Source: a virus (taxonomy: Duplodnaviria; Caudoviricetes). From it: a stretch of 53,561 nucleotides of DNA. Positions 33,201-42,965 of this stretch are shown one piece after another. The position numbers and the translations under genes were made by a program. The notes beneath the pieces are model-generated. The model worked only from the letters and a program-made list of their open reading frames with translations. It ran no database searches and was not told the origin of the DNA. The stretch lies in IMG/VR virus record IMGVR_UViG_3300031949_000052, positions 1 through 53,561 of that record; one strand, 5' to 3'. Numbering within the stretch: position 1 is the first letter of the stretch; each line of letters begins with the position of its first letter.

Positions 33201-35023
33201 TCCCGGTAAGAAGTTCTGATCTCATCAATTGCATGTTCCCATTGATCCCACTTTTTCTTATTAGATGTAAAGGGTAATCGGAAACCCTTAAGCTTGTCGA
33301 CTTCTTTAGCCATCTCTTGTAGAGATTCAAAGACCTTCGACTGTGTATACGTGGCAATTTTACGGTTGCGTCTCTGTGCAAGAGACATCGTTTCCTCTGG
33401 AGTCCTTAAGCTACCAGCAAAGGCATTAAGCATACTCTTAGGAGTTTTATTTTCATTGGTATGTATAAGAAAGTCACGTACAGCATCGCCTGTTTCTTTG
33501 AAGGGTTGTGTAACCTTTACGGTCCAACGTAATCCCTTTTGTTCAAGTGTACCATTTAAACCATGATCATTATTGAACTGCTTGGCATCCTTAAAGTTCC
33601 ATAGTTTACCACCCTGCTGACCAAAGTGAACGTCTACATAATAGACATCAGCAAAGTCATCCTTGTAAGGGGTAGATACCGCGATCTGATTATTCTTCAT
33701 ACCAGGGTGTTCGTCTATAATTTCCCTTTCGACCCTCCGTAGAGCTTCCTCAATCTTAAGAACCCCGGGAATACGCTCAACTTTCATAATCTCTGAAAGC
33801 TTATTTGCGAACCCACGGATGGGAGCCATGTAGGCTTCCTCTAAACGGTTTACGAAGTCTTTACTAAATGAACCTGGATTTGCTCCTATAGCTTTGGCCT
33901 CACTGCTGAACAGAGCTACCATGGACTCTTTGGTATCGACGACAGGATCACTTACACCCTTCATCTGTCTCTCAATACGCCCTGTAGCTGCTGTAATGGC
34001 AGCTTCTTTTGTATCTCCGACTGACTCTTGAATAGCAGCCTTAGTAGGTGCAGTCTCATCCTTTAGGACAGACTTAAGAGCGTTATCTAATTGTTTAGAA
34101 ACTTCTCTAGAAGCTTTTACACCCTTAGCAATCTTAGCTCCTGTGACTAGACCTGTAGCCATTAATGGAGTAAAGATATTCTGGAGGAACTCTTCACTCC
34201 TACTTTGTCCCAACATTGCATTGAGAAAGGAGATTGCTAGGGTAGGGTTAGTCTTTAACTCCCCTACAATCCTTGCTAACTCTACTTTCATTTCTGAATA
34301 GGGCAGTGACAGAAGACGTATAGATTGGGCCTCTAGGTTAGAACCTAAGAAACCTCCTTCAAGAATGCCTGACCCTTTAACCTGACCACGAAGTCTAGCT
34401 TCCTGGTAAACCTGAGAGAATATAAGAGCGTTATCAAGCGCCCAGCTTGTGTACCCCTGAGACTGCTTAGCAGCCTCCATATTCTCTAGATGTCTTATAA
34501 TATCTTCTTGTTTAGCTTTAACAACATTGCCAGCCACTAACTGATCTTCAGTTAATTGTGGAGCTTGCTTACGAGCTTCCGTTAAGACCGAGTCATGCAT
34601 AAATGACACAGTATCCAACTGGGACATGTGTTTCTTAGCGTACTCTTCTTCAATGACGTTATTAGGATCAGGCGGTCTATTCGCAGCTTCAATCTGATTG
34701 TTAATCGTCTGGACATCCTGAGGGGTTAGTCCAGTTCCTGTTTTGCGAGCAACTTCATTAATTATTCGTTGAGAACGAAGTTGTTTCTGGAAGGCTAATT
34801 CATTAGCCATCTCTGTGCGTAGAGCATTCTCACGTCCAGCAGCTATGTCTTGGTATACTTGATCGTACGACTTTTGAGCTGCAGGCATACCATAGGTAGC
34901 CCTAAAGGCACGCTTCTCAATCACTGATGGACTGAGTATGTCCACCGAATTAGTAGGCGTGTCTAAGCTAATTGGATCGGGAGTTTCCTCGACCCTAGTA
35001 TCTAGTGATAAAGGTTCATTCAT
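30266..35023 (-). CDS. Large internal virion (ejection) protein, gp16-like position
   Basis: 1585 aa; DDLSLNMSRAS..QFYSY.LRM motif region; position after gp14-like gene. Confidence 0.75.
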   Translation of the reverse strand: MNEPLSLDTRVEETPDPISLDTPTNSVDILSPSVIEKRAFRATYGMPAAQKSYDQVYQDIAAGRENALRTEMANELAFQKQLRSQRIINEVARKTGTGLTPQDVQTINNQIEAANRPPDPNNVIEEEYAKKHMSQLDTVSFMHDSVLTEARKQAPQLTEDQLVAGNVVKAKQEDIIRHLENMEAAKQSQGYTSWALDNALIFSQVYQEARLRGQVKGSGILEGGFLGSNLEAQSIRLLSLPYSEMKVELARIVGELKTNPTLAISFLNAMLGQSRSEEFLQNIFTPLMATGLVTGAKIAKGVKASREVSKQLDNALKSVLKDETAPTKAAIQESVGDTKEAAITAATGRIERQMKGVSDPVVDTKESMVALFSSEAKAIGANPGSFSKDFVNRLEEAYMAPIRGFANKLSEIMKVERIPGVLKIEEALRRVEREIIDEHPGMKNNQIAVSTPYKDDFADVYYVDVHFGQQGGKLWNFKDAKQFNNDHGLNGTLEQKGLRWTVKVTQPFKETGDAVRDFLIHTNENKTPKSMLNAFAGSLRTPEETMSLAQRRNRKIATYTQSKVFESLQEMAKEVDKLKGFRLPFTSNKKKWDQWEHAIDEIRTSYRDPRTGEVSLPRSVGVFADEFNRIRGRLPDEQEVKAYFTYKRAREVEQALNTRQQFKDWSREGAQTWTISTVLNPNSTSSPFVRKSIQATKLVQWPKDGDSMLVVGKNFTDEVVKDSSRYRSTKAGKQAIEDVASGKLTLLKVVNPDDYPLEGFGRTGGSRVRYILTPRAESRPMSWSDIKVKQFADTDFDHYVKQAHMRLDDVTGSWWYRGDRTVAAFNIRAKGKDVANKLNEVRKHIKNGDFDAARAANPLPLDFEEVHGWFKPGLTTEGLTIPSKLSLEDEIRLVPRLTRLHDLDRGLNEKYGKAFRDGTKEAYGGPIDNTPLYKSEPTRFVSPITLINRGLKRAVESQFMNDYKIFSAEHWVEEAAKYLDVDPKTLRESPMYYFYNPVWKEGADPVHDLATINNLKTVRFQVQQFLGVQDQTQTFLHSMAQKMTDWIYDKGFTRTALAPSHILPKLRDPFGFIRAVTFHDKIGLWAIPQLFVQTQTFSAIFGIAGAKYASTGTKAVMLDLYARVNRNPEILDHLDKLATKGLIPGAAKFKPGEFKEAWLALERTGFGNVGGEYIMRDSPQFYDVFSNKGKTFLDAATFFFKEGERFVRKGAWYTAYLEHRAKNPTGRLTDVDIADILNRADDLSLNMSRASASELHRGIFSIPTQFYSYALRMAELFWGKRLTKIEKGRLLAVNAALYGVPSAIGVTGFPVADYWQQKARENGYIMGENWYKTAFMEGGISTMLSTLTGNDYNASERYSNQGFEFLREALRSDQAVLSVVTGASGSTLYNTFLAMDPFFKAIASMTKQEGSFKLKPAHFLDIFKEISSVNNTWKLYMALNTGKWLTKNEGQISDVTASNALFMYLSGLSPQDSVELHLQHSTRKDEKAMTDWGFKQAIKEFRRGLNSYDNPQAADDFFKNAIAYLESVGYPIEDYDKFYSIAMRDYETLPDKMNWDYFNKDVPEHRKDIAQDAYGRLLRLKEQKK

Positions 35024-35590
35024 TTAATAGATCGCATTCGAACTTCCGAAGCCCCCTGAAGGGGCTGCCTTAGGAGTACTTGCGAATAGTTTACTTCCAC
35101 CCATAGCAGCTCCTGTTATCGCACTACCGAGTTGTGACCAACCTTGGGCCTCGGACGAAGCCGTTTGGTAGTCAGCCTGAGCTTGGGTTAAGATATCTTT
35201 CTGTCCAGAGATTAAATTATTAATATCGAAGATATTTCTACCAATCATTAAGTTTTGATTAATCCCTAATAGATTCGTATTAGTGTCACCAGATATTTGT
35301 CCGTAACCTCCTTGTAACCCCGATCCTTTGCTTGCCCCTTGTGAAGTTGCATTCGTTAAAGCTAGGGCACGGGCTCTCTGAGAATTACGGAATAATTCCA
35401 TCTTTTGTCGTGAAGCATTAAGTTCCATCTGTTGACGACGCTGAGCCTCAGTCTGTCGTTCTAACTTCGATATTTCTTTTTGTGCTGCCGAAGCTTCTTC
35501 AGCATATTTACTGGAAGCACTAGCCCCTGCAAAAGCCCCGTAGGCTTGCAGGCCTATTCCAATTCCGGCAACGACTAACGGTAATACCAT
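35024..35590 (-). CDS. Internal virion protein (gp14-like)
   Basis: G/A/S/Q-rich, hydrophobic N-terminus, follows tail nozzle gene. Confidence 0.7.
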   Translation of the reverse strand: MVLPLVVAGIGIGLQAYGAFAGASASSKYAEEASAAQKEISKLERQTEAQRRQQMELNASRQKMELFRNSQRARALALTNATSQGASKGSGLQGGYGQISGDTNTNLLGINQNLMIGRNIFDINNLISGQKDILTQAQADYQTASSEAQGWSQLGSAITGAAMGGSKLFASTPKAAPSGGFGSSNAIY

Positions 35591-35593
35591 TTA

Positions 35594-37888
35594 TTAAATT
35601 CCACTATTAACCATATCAAGAGTAGACCAACCCATAATATTAAAGGGTTTGCCGTCTACAGATTTTACTTTAAATTGTAACACTAAACCACTTCCTCTAA
35701 TTTTATGCTTTCGAAAAATCTTATCAAAGTTTGCTGACGTATTCTCTACTAGCTGTTCAGTGGAAAATCTACCGGAGTTAGCCGTGTTAGCAAAGTCTCG
35801 GATTCCCTGAATTTTATATGCTGTATTAACCTCATTCGTCGAGAAAACATATACATAAAGAGGTTGAAATTTTCTTAAAGCTTGGCCTTTTAGACGGTAA
35901 CCTGTGACAAAGAAACTTTCATAGTTTACAGGAGAACTAAATGTTTCCCAATCGACATAGTCCGTGTCCATTTCTTCAGACATTGTAAATTTCTCAATCG
36001 CATTCTCTGTATAGAAAGTAGGATACCTAAAGGTAGGAATGGGAGAAGTTCCCGCAGGACCTGCAATATACGTAATTCCATTTATACACGGAGTACCATC
36101 AATACCAATTGTCCAGAAGAAGAAAGCCTCCGTTGGTATATTAAGATTTAGAACTCTATTAAATTTGTATCTTGTAGTTGAGTTAGTTTCTTCTTCACCC
36201 CTGAAAGCCCACTGCACAGTATAGGTGAGTGGATTGTAATCGCCTCTTGCATATAATTTACTAACAAGAGGAATTTCCTCGTATTCAGAAGATATTGTTG
36301 GAAGAGTTATAGACTTTACTTGAAGACCTTGTTGTCCAGGAATAATAGTATAGATACCTTCTTCATTCCACCAATAAGGTAGTCCTTGTACACTTACAAA
36401 AGAAGTAGAAGATATACTTTCTACTTTAGATATCTCCGTTACTGTATAGTCATTAGCAGTGAAACCAATACCTTGATTGCCTGTAATAAACCATATTCCA
36501 TTAGCAGCAAAAACTAATAAACCATTTTGAATTGGAAATAGTTTAAATACTGTACCAGAACCCTGAATACGAACTATACCACCGTCTGATGGAAGTAAAT
36601 CAAATAGGGTTTCTGAAGTAGGATCGTTGATCTGATGACATTTACCAAACTGATCTATACGTTCAGTGATTTGGGAAAAGTATATATTCTCAGTAAAGCC
36701 TGTTGCAGCTACACCAGCATACCAAACACGTCCTTGAAAGAACGTACCAGTTCTAGGCCTAGCTGTAGTTGTAATATCAGTTAAGCCAGTTACACTAGAT
36801 ACTGCGCCTCTAAGTTGATTAAAAGCTTGTAAGGTAAAGTAACCCCTAGGAGCAGGGCCCGAATTAAGGGTAACATTCTCAACAGTAGTTGCAGGATCGA
36901 AGACACCTGTAGAACTCTTAAAGGCCCACCATACGTCTGCATTAGAAGGATAAGCACTAACGTCAGAAGCAAAGGTAGTTATCTTAGCCCCTTCATTAAA
37001 ACTTATCATCCAATTATTGGCATTACGAACACCATAAATAGTAGTCCAAGAAGTAATACTGAGTGTTAAAGTAGTACCTACGTAGCTGGTTACAGTGCCG
37101 TTGAAATTAACTTGTATTGTAGGAAAGTCTGTTAAGAAGCCCTGTCCACCTACGGTATCCCCACCTACAATGGGTATACCAGCAGCTACAGTAAATACTC
37201 TTGTATCGGGTACTGCACCACCAATAGAAACTGAAGTAGAAGAAGCAGCCGTCCACGATCTATTAGTCCAACCTTGATTAAAAAGATTATATAGATGTTG
37301 GGAGGTTAAACTTGAAGTTCCTGGTCTAAAATTATCTGGAACTCCTGGTTCCATAATTCCTTGGAAGTCCCTAATTTCTATAGTAATTTTAGTAGCTGTT
37401 ACAGTACCACTAGAATACGTACAGTAGAAAGGGTCTAGATTAGGATGGTAAACAAATAGGTACCCATTCCCATTAGAAAATTCACATTCTATAGTCTCTG
37501 GAGACTCTGCCCCAGAAGCTGTGAAGGTAGATAGAGTAATTGTAGATGCAAGCTTTCTACCAGATATTGGAGTAGCTACAGTAGCTGTAGTTATACTAAA
37601 GAAATGTAAAGTATCCCCTACCTGCTTAACTAAGACTTTGACATTACCGTCGCCACCTGCATTCTCCCATTTAAAGTCAGAGGTAGCTTTGTTAGTAAAA
37701 TCCATATTGGTAGAAGTATAATTGGTTTCAAAGTCAAAACCTAAACGTCTTTCCACAGTCCCAGTACGATTAAAGACACAGTTGTCTGTGTCTGTACATG
37801 CGTTCTCAGGAAAGTTAAGTCCAGTAAATTCAGTAATATGCCCCTTGGTAAAGTTATTCTCTACGGAGGCAACAGGTTGTCTAGGCAT
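35594..37888 (-). CDS. Tail tubular protein B / nozzle
   Basis: NNFTKG.ITE, RRLGFD, FFQGRVWYAG, IYFSQ, SDGG.VRI, KIRG.G..LQFK. Confidence 0.85.
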   Translation of the reverse strand: MPRQPVASVENNFTKGHITEFTGLNFPENACTDTDNCVFNRTGTVERRLGFDFETNYTSTNMDFTNKATSDFKWENAGGDGNVKVLVKQVGDTLHFFSITTATVATPISGRKLASTITLSTFTASGAESPETIECEFSNGNGYLFVYHPNLDPFYCTYSSGTVTATKITIEIRDFQGIMEPGVPDNFRPGTSSLTSQHLYNLFNQGWTNRSWTAASSTSVSIGGAVPDTRVFTVAAGIPIVGGDTVGGQGFLTDFPTIQVNFNGTVTSYVGTTLTLSITSWTTIYGVRNANNWMISFNEGAKITTFASDVSAYPSNADVWWAFKSSTGVFDPATTVENVTLNSGPAPRGYFTLQAFNQLRGAVSSVTGLTDITTTARPRTGTFFQGRVWYAGVAATGFTENIYFSQITERIDQFGKCHQINDPTSETLFDLLPSDGGIVRIQGSGTVFKLFPIQNGLLVFAANGIWFITGNQGIGFTANDYTVTEISKVESISSTSFVSVQGLPYWWNEEGIYTIIPGQQGLQVKSITLPTISSEYEEIPLVSKLYARGDYNPLTYTVQWAFRGEEETNSTTRYKFNRVLNLNIPTEAFFFWTIGIDGTPCINGITYIAGPAGTSPIPTFRYPTFYTENAIEKFTMSEEMDTDYVDWETFSSPVNYESFFVTGYRLKGQALRKFQPLYVYVFSTNEVNTAYKIQGIRDFANTANSGRFSTEQLVENTSANFDKIFRKHKIRGSGLVLQFKVKSVDGKPFNIMGWSTLDMVNSGI

Positions 37889-38204
37889 AGTTATCTTTAA
37901 CTTCTACTATTTCGATATTTCTACGTTTTAGGTATTCTTCAGCAAGTTTCCTCGCTCTATTAAAATTGGTGAACCTCTGTTTTAGAAGCAAAGGAACAAT
38001 CCCAGAGTCATACTCGAACCACCATAAATTGGTGATAGGATCGCACTTTACATGTAAATTATTGGTTCCAGAGAATATACGAGGGTCAATTAAGCCAGCA
38101 GCGGACTTAGGTTTCTTATCGTCCATTACTTTAAGAACAAGTACTCGATCTCGACTGTGCATCTTGGCCTGTCGCAGTTCTCCTTGAAGAACTTCATTTA
38201 TCAT
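37881..38204 (-). CDS. Conserved-position virion module protein
   Basis: 107 aa between tail tube genes; LKQRFTNF..A. Confidence 0.65.
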   Translation of the reverse strand: MINEVLQGELRQAKMHSRDRVLVLKVMDDKKPKSAAGLIDPRIFSGTNNLHVKCDPITNLWWFEYDSGIVPLLLKQRFTNFNRARKLAEEYLKRRNIEIVEVKDNYA

Positions 38205-38995
38205 TATCGTTCACGCATCCAACGATTGGGAGAGGACATACCTTGTGTTTTACGTCCAAAGTTTGGAAGTTGAGCCAGATAATTAGGCTTAGGAAAGTAC
38301 TTAGTCTTTTCAAACGAAGACCATTGTCTCCTAACTTCTTGTTCTACTTTTGGATTAATCGTCTGCTTTAAGTCTGCAAAGGCTGCTGCTGTAACTTCAT
38401 TTAAAAGTAAAGGAAACTGAGCATCATCCAAATCAGGAATAAAGGAATCTACCATTGTAAAGGTTGGGTTAATCAATCCAAAGGCTATTGTTTTACTTGA
38501 CTGGAGAGTAGTATCAACGTCTGCATCGTAAGAATCAAAGACAATTGTATCATCGTTTACGATTGTACAATAGCAGGGCTGACGATCATTCATAAAATAA
38601 AATGTGAAAGAGTTTAGTGTAAGACTGTCAACATTTACCTCATCTAGATTAAGGGCGTGAGAACGGTCTATAAACTGTTGTAAAGGCAGGATTGTTACAT
38701 AAGTAAAATCATCAATCGTAGGATTGGTTTCAACTCTGTGATACTTAATCCATTCAACGGTCCTAATACCACTTGGTTGGTACATAACAACAGGTAGGGT
38801 GGGGTCTGCACTGGCAACCAATTGGAACATTTGTTTATGCTCTGGAAGGTGTGCCCTTGAAACAATATCAAAGTACTTAGTCTTAACCAGTTCAGCTACT
38901 TGTCTAGATTCGGTAGTATCTGATATAGAGTTCACTTCATCTGAATCTAACCGAGACAGTACGTTCTGAACAATATCTAAATTTGTATATTTCAT
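38204..38995 (-). CDS. Tail tubular protein A / adaptor (gp11-like)
   Basis: LDIVQNVLSRLDSDEVNSISDTTESRQVA; FIPDLD..QFPLLLNE; PNFGRK. Confidence 0.85.
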   Translation of the reverse strand: MKYTNLDIVQNVLSRLDSDEVNSISDTTESRQVAELVKTKYFDIVSRAHLPEHKQMFQLVASADPTLPVVMYQPSGIRTVEWIKYHRVETNPTIDDFTYVTILPLQQFIDRSHALNLDEVNVDSLTLNSFTFYFMNDRQPCYCTIVNDDTIVFDSYDADVDTTLQSSKTIAFGLINPTFTMVDSFIPDLDDAQFPLLLNEVTAAAFADLKQTINPKVEQEVRRQWSSFEKTKYFPKPNYLAQLPNFGRKTQGMSSPNRWMRER

Positions 38996-39375
38996 TTCTT
39001 TATAATCTTTAGTGAGTTATCTAAGAATAAGAAACCAATCACAACGGCTGCAACACCATACAACCATTCACTAAGACCGGCTGTGTTACAAGTACTATCG
39101 TACAGGTACGGGCAAGCAACCTTATCCCATAGGATAAGTTTGTTGATATAAAAGGCAAAGGGAACTATAAAAGCAAAGCGAGCTATACTGATCCACGGAG
39201 ACTTAGTCTCTGCAATAAGAACGTCTCGTTGGGCCTCTAAGGATTTAACCCGTTCGTTAGCTGAAACCTTCTCATGTTCAGTCGCAGCATTAGCCATGTT
39301 CACTTTGGCCTTGGCAAGCTCCCGCACTATAGCGGGAACTCCTCCAATAACCAACGATAGTATCGTAGTCCACAT
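38992..39375 (-). CDS. Membrane lysis protein (holin-like)
   Basis: Three hydrophobic segments, next to lysozyme. Confidence 0.55.
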   Translation of the reverse strand: MWTTILSLVIGGVPAIVRELAKAKVNMANAATEHEKVSANERVKSLEAQRDVLIAETKSPWISIARFAFIVPFAFYINKLILWDKVACPYLYDSTCNTAGLSEWLYGVAAVVIGFLFLDNSLKIIKK

Positions 39376-39617
39376 TAGTCTTTATTCGCTAAACGTCTAC
39401 CCCAGAACGCAAGAGCAAACAGTACCATCGTTACGATGGCCATCTGTGTCTCAGTGACAAACCTACTCATAGGAATACCACTTACAAACTCTTGCAGAAC
39501 TACGGCAGCAGAGCCAGCGACACCTAAGCCGGTGACAATGTAAGTCTTAGCACCAGGAGCCCATTCGGCAACCCAGTCTTCAAACCTATTCCACTGTTCC
39601 TTAATCCAATTCCACAT
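39375..39617 (-). CDS. Two-TM membrane protein (holin-like)
   Basis: Start MWNWIKE; two hydrophobic helices. Confidence 0.55.
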   Translation of the reverse strand: MWNWIKEQWNRFEDWVAEWAPGAKTYIVTGLGVAGSAAVVLQEFVSGIPMSRFVTETQMAIVTMVLFALAFWGRRLANKD

Positions 39618-40362
39618 TTTTCTTAATCCTTGTTTTATACCACCATACAACTACGGCAGTTAGTCCAGCGGCTATTAGTACGCCAGCAGCCCAGTACATC
39701 CACGTAGATGGGTCAGCCTGACTGGCTGCAACAACAGTACCACCTACGACAACTGCACCCGCTCCTGCGGCTGTAGTTCCAGCATCATTACCCTCTCGCT
39801 TAGGTTTGATTGTCGGATCAAGTTCCATCAAGCACTTAATGAGAGCAGCACATCCGGGTTGTGAGTCAGCGGCAGTGGCGGACCACACACCATCGGCTAC
39901 ATACTTTCCACGGAGATATATAGTAGTACCAGCCCAGAGGTAAGCAGAAGGGACATTGTGATTATGGTAACCCCATCCATTGTAAAGTTCTAAGTAATAC
40001 AGTATCTTCTCTAGACGCCAGTCTATGATCTTGTTGAAATGCTTGAGAGTTACGAGGGCGTCGTAGGCTCCTTCTTCCCAAGTATTAAATGGACCTCTTC
40101 CTCTGGGGATATGTGTAGATACACGATTAAGAGGATCACCTTGTCCTAACTGCGTCTTCCAGTTCTGCGAAGATTCGCGCTCATGGATGACAGCAATCAT
40201 GTACCAAGGAACACCAGTAGCTTTCTCGGTAGCTATGTAACGATCTTTAGCTTTAAATAAACGCAGAGCAATCTTTCTAAGGTTAGCCTCCCACGTAGGA
40301 CGAAGCTTCATGCTGTCCCATTGTTTGGCATACTCAGGCCATTTCTGTCCATATGTAGGCAT
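39601..40362 (-). CDS. Lysozyme-family endolysin (COG5526-like) with C-terminal membrane anchor
   Basis: GVPWYMIAVIHERESS..LGQGDPL...PRGRGPF.TWEE.A.DAL; LELYNGWGY; PSAYLWAGT..Y..GKYVADG. Confidence 0.88.
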   Translation of the reverse strand: MPTYGQKWPEYAKQWDSMKLRPTWEANLRKIALRLFKAKDRYIATEKATGVPWYMIAVIHERESSQNWKTQLGQGDPLNRVSTHIPRGRGPFNTWEEGAYDALVTLKHFNKIIDWRLEKILYYLELYNGWGYHNHNVPSAYLWAGTTIYLRGKYVADGVWSATAADSQPGCAALIKCLMELDPTIKPKREGNDAGTTAAGAGAVVVGGTVVAASQADPSTWMYWAAGVLIAAGLTAVVVWWYKTRIKKNVELD

Positions 40363-40375
40363 TATAAATCCTTTA

Positions 40376-42121
40376 TTAATTATTTATATCTGCGTGGAGA
40401 CCTGCTTGAATAACAAGACCACCACCGTCTCCGTAAAAAGTTCCCGTACCACCAGCAGAACTATACTCTTTCCAAATTACGATATGTCTTCCCATTCCTG
40501 GGTAACCATCGTACATAGCGACAACATTAACTAGTTGACTTGCTGCTCCTACCGTAGGGGCTGATGTCAAATTATCAACAACAGTAGTTGTATTAATTGT
40601 ATCTATGTCAATCCCAATAATACCAAAGTTAGCCACATCTGTATTAGAATACGTAGCCAGAGCACGAGCGGTTAACAAACGTCCATCAAGAGTTTGTAAC
40701 AGATCGACTTGATTTGCTGTGCTATTATTCGCCTGTCTGAAAGTAGCAGTTGTATAAGTCCAGGTATTAGTACTTTCTACTACACGCATTCTACGCATGA
40801 CTGTATTATAAGCATTAGAAACCCATCTAAATAAAGTACTATCGGTCAACTGAGCAGAACCGTTGGAACGCACAGAACCCACTAGTGTTCCTCTAGTTGC
40901 AACGGGACCGTTTGTAATATCTTGAGCATTTGTCCAAATACCCTGGGCTTGTCCAATCTGAGAAGTACCTGCACCAGAACCCCTTGAAGTATCCGAAGAC
41001 CACGCAGGTCCACGGGTAGCTCTGATGGTACCTGCATCATTCCAGACAAATATATCGTAAATTGAATTATTAGCTACGGCTGCAGGAGACTTAGTTGAGT
41101 CCGCAGTAGTCTGTGACAATTCTCCGCCGATATCTGTATTTATAAGTGCAGTTCCATTCCAAATCGGTACATAACGTCCAACGTAAGGTGTATAGTACAA
41201 AGTAGTAGCACCTGTTACGTCTGCTGTAGTAATAGCAGTACCTGAAGTTAAAGTTAGGCGTCCTTGTGGGGGCAGAATAAAATTAGTTAAGGTTGCAAGC
41301 GTACCTGAAGTAGGTAGCGTAACTGCCGTTGCTCCAGATACTGTTAGCGTAGTACCAAAGTTACCTGAAATTGTTAAAGTACTAGCAGCATTATTTGCAA
41401 CACCTGTCCCACCTGCAGCAGCACCTAATGTACCGTAAGTCTGTGCGGTAGCTCCACCACCTCCTGAAAGAAGAGGTTGGCCTGCAGTACCCGCAGCAGT
41501 AGGAAGATTAAAGTTATACGTACCTGCCGCAGCTTGAGGTGCTATTGTAACGGTACCACTTGAAGAACCGTCTAAACCAACTGTAGGAAAAGTATTGGTC
41601 CCTGTAAATTCATTGTCTCCACCAGTAGTGATCATCGTTCCTGAGGTAGGAAGCGTTATGTTAGTAGAACCCGATATTGTCAGTGTAGTAGGAAAAGAAC
41701 CTGAGATCGTAAGAGTACTTGCAGCATTATTAGCTACACCAGTACCTCCATGATCTGGTGTTATAGTACCCGGGATATCAGTAAGGTTTCCCCATTCAAC
41801 ATCATAATTAGTACCGCTGTTCTTAACTAAAGCTTGTCCAGTAGTTCCCCCTACTGGTACAAGATTAATCGTTCCAGTATCGGTAAAATCTGATAGTTCT
41901 GTTAGTCTAACTGGTTCCGTAGCACCTATAGGAACAGGCAGATTAATTATCCTGTTGGAATTCATATCCAAACTAGCGGACATAGTATTAGGAGTTGTTC
42001 CATCTCTAGACAACGTATTATCAAACGCAGTTTCTACAGTATCAAAATTCGTATTTATAGTACCCTGAGCAGTACTACTTTGTGTTATATCTGCTATATT
42101 ATTTAAAGTTACTTTAGACAT
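40376..42121 (-). CDS. Tail fibre protein 2
   Basis: T/G-rich; N-terminal LSRDGT.PN.M..LDMNSNRIINLP anchor; PQGRLTLTSG domain. Confidence 0.8.
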   Translation of the reverse strand: MSKVTLNNIADITQSSTAQGTINTNFDTVETAFDNTLSRDGTTPNTMSASLDMNSNRIINLPVPIGATEPVRLTELSDFTDTGTINLVPVGGTTGQALVKNSGTNYDVEWGNLTDIPGTITPDHGGTGVANNAASTLTISGSFPTTLTISGSTNITLPTSGTMITTGGDNEFTGTNTFPTVGLDGSSSGTVTIAPQAAAGTYNFNLPTAAGTAGQPLLSGGGGATAQTYGTLGAAAGGTGVANNAASTLTISGNFGTTLTVSGATAVTLPTSGTLATLTNFILPPQGRLTLTSGTAITTADVTGATTLYYTPYVGRYVPIWNGTALINTDIGGELSQTTADSTKSPAAVANNSIYDIFVWNDAGTIRATRGPAWSSDTSRGSGAGTSQIGQAQGIWTNAQDITNGPVATRGTLVGSVRSNGSAQLTDSTLFRWVSNAYNTVMRRMRVVESTNTWTYTTATFRQANNSTANQVDLLQTLDGRLLTARALATYSNTDVANFGIIGIDIDTINTTTVVDNLTSAPTVGAASQLVNVVAMYDGYPGMGRHIVIWKEYSSAGGTGTFYGDGGGLVIQAGLHADINN

Positions 42122-42131
42122 TCTTGTTCCC

Positions 42132-42965
42132 TTATGGGTAAATTAAATCAGCCCAACCGTTACCAGTCAAAGTCAAGCCCGTATCACTGAGATGTGTTTG
42201 GTCTGCCAAACGATAGCCTCCTACAACTGTAGCATTATTATCCGCATCATACCCTGCTACAATATCTCTGCTTACATCTACAGAATTATCTATTCCAGTT
42301 TGTACTGCAGTTGATATACTACCACTTACCATCGTATACTTACCAATGTAGAAGGTAGCATTACAATCAAGGGCACGAATACCATCGACAATTGCCCAGA
42401 TAGAATTCCTTACGTTAGTAGAAGAAGTTCCTAAATCTCTATCAGTTTCCCCTTCTCCCCATATTATTTTATCTGGTTCTATACCCCGCGCTCGACAGCG
42501 CATTATTGCAGTTTTAATTCTCGTAAATAGGCTGTTAGTTGTAGACGGAACCCACGAAATATACGGTGTCCCACCTATTGCGATTGGAACCATGATAACC
42601 CGCCACGTAGGATTGTTAACAATAATTCTATCTGCAATTCTCATAGATACCGAACTCGGTCCTACAGACGGAGCATAACTTGCACCTAAAATAGGGTCAG
42701 CTCCTGCGTAAATACCACCATCATATATATTAAGATTTTGTGCATTTGCGCTGACAGTAGTATAGGGAGCAGTACCACTGGCCGTGGCCATAAGAGACTG
42801 ACCACCAACTATGATTGTCTTAGTAGTATCTGGGGAAGGTACAAAAGAAGAAACTTGTGTTCGTCCCTGTGTGTTAGAGTAACCAATACCATTAGCTCCT
42901 TGCGGAGGGTATTCATAAATCGGAGAGAACGGATCTGGAGCAGATGAAGTAATAAAATAAGTCAA
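42132..42965 (-). CDS. SGNH/sialate O-acetylesterase-like protein
   Basis: IIVGGQSL, AIGGT, IIWGEGETD, DQTH motifs. Confidence 0.8.
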   Translation of the reverse strand: MTYFITSSAPDPFSPIYEYPPQGANGIGYSNTQGRTQVSSFVPSPDTTKTIIVGGQSLMATASGTAPYTTVSANAQNLNIYDGGIYAGADPILGASYAPSVGPSSVSMRIADRIIVNNPTWRVIMVPIAIGGTPYISWVPSTTNSLFTRIKTAIMRCRARGIEPDKIIWGEGETDRDLGTSSTNVRNSIWAIVDGIRALDCNATFYIGKYTMVSGSISTAVQTGIDNSVDVSRDIVAGYDADNNATVVGGYRLADQTHLSDTGLTLTGNGWADLIYP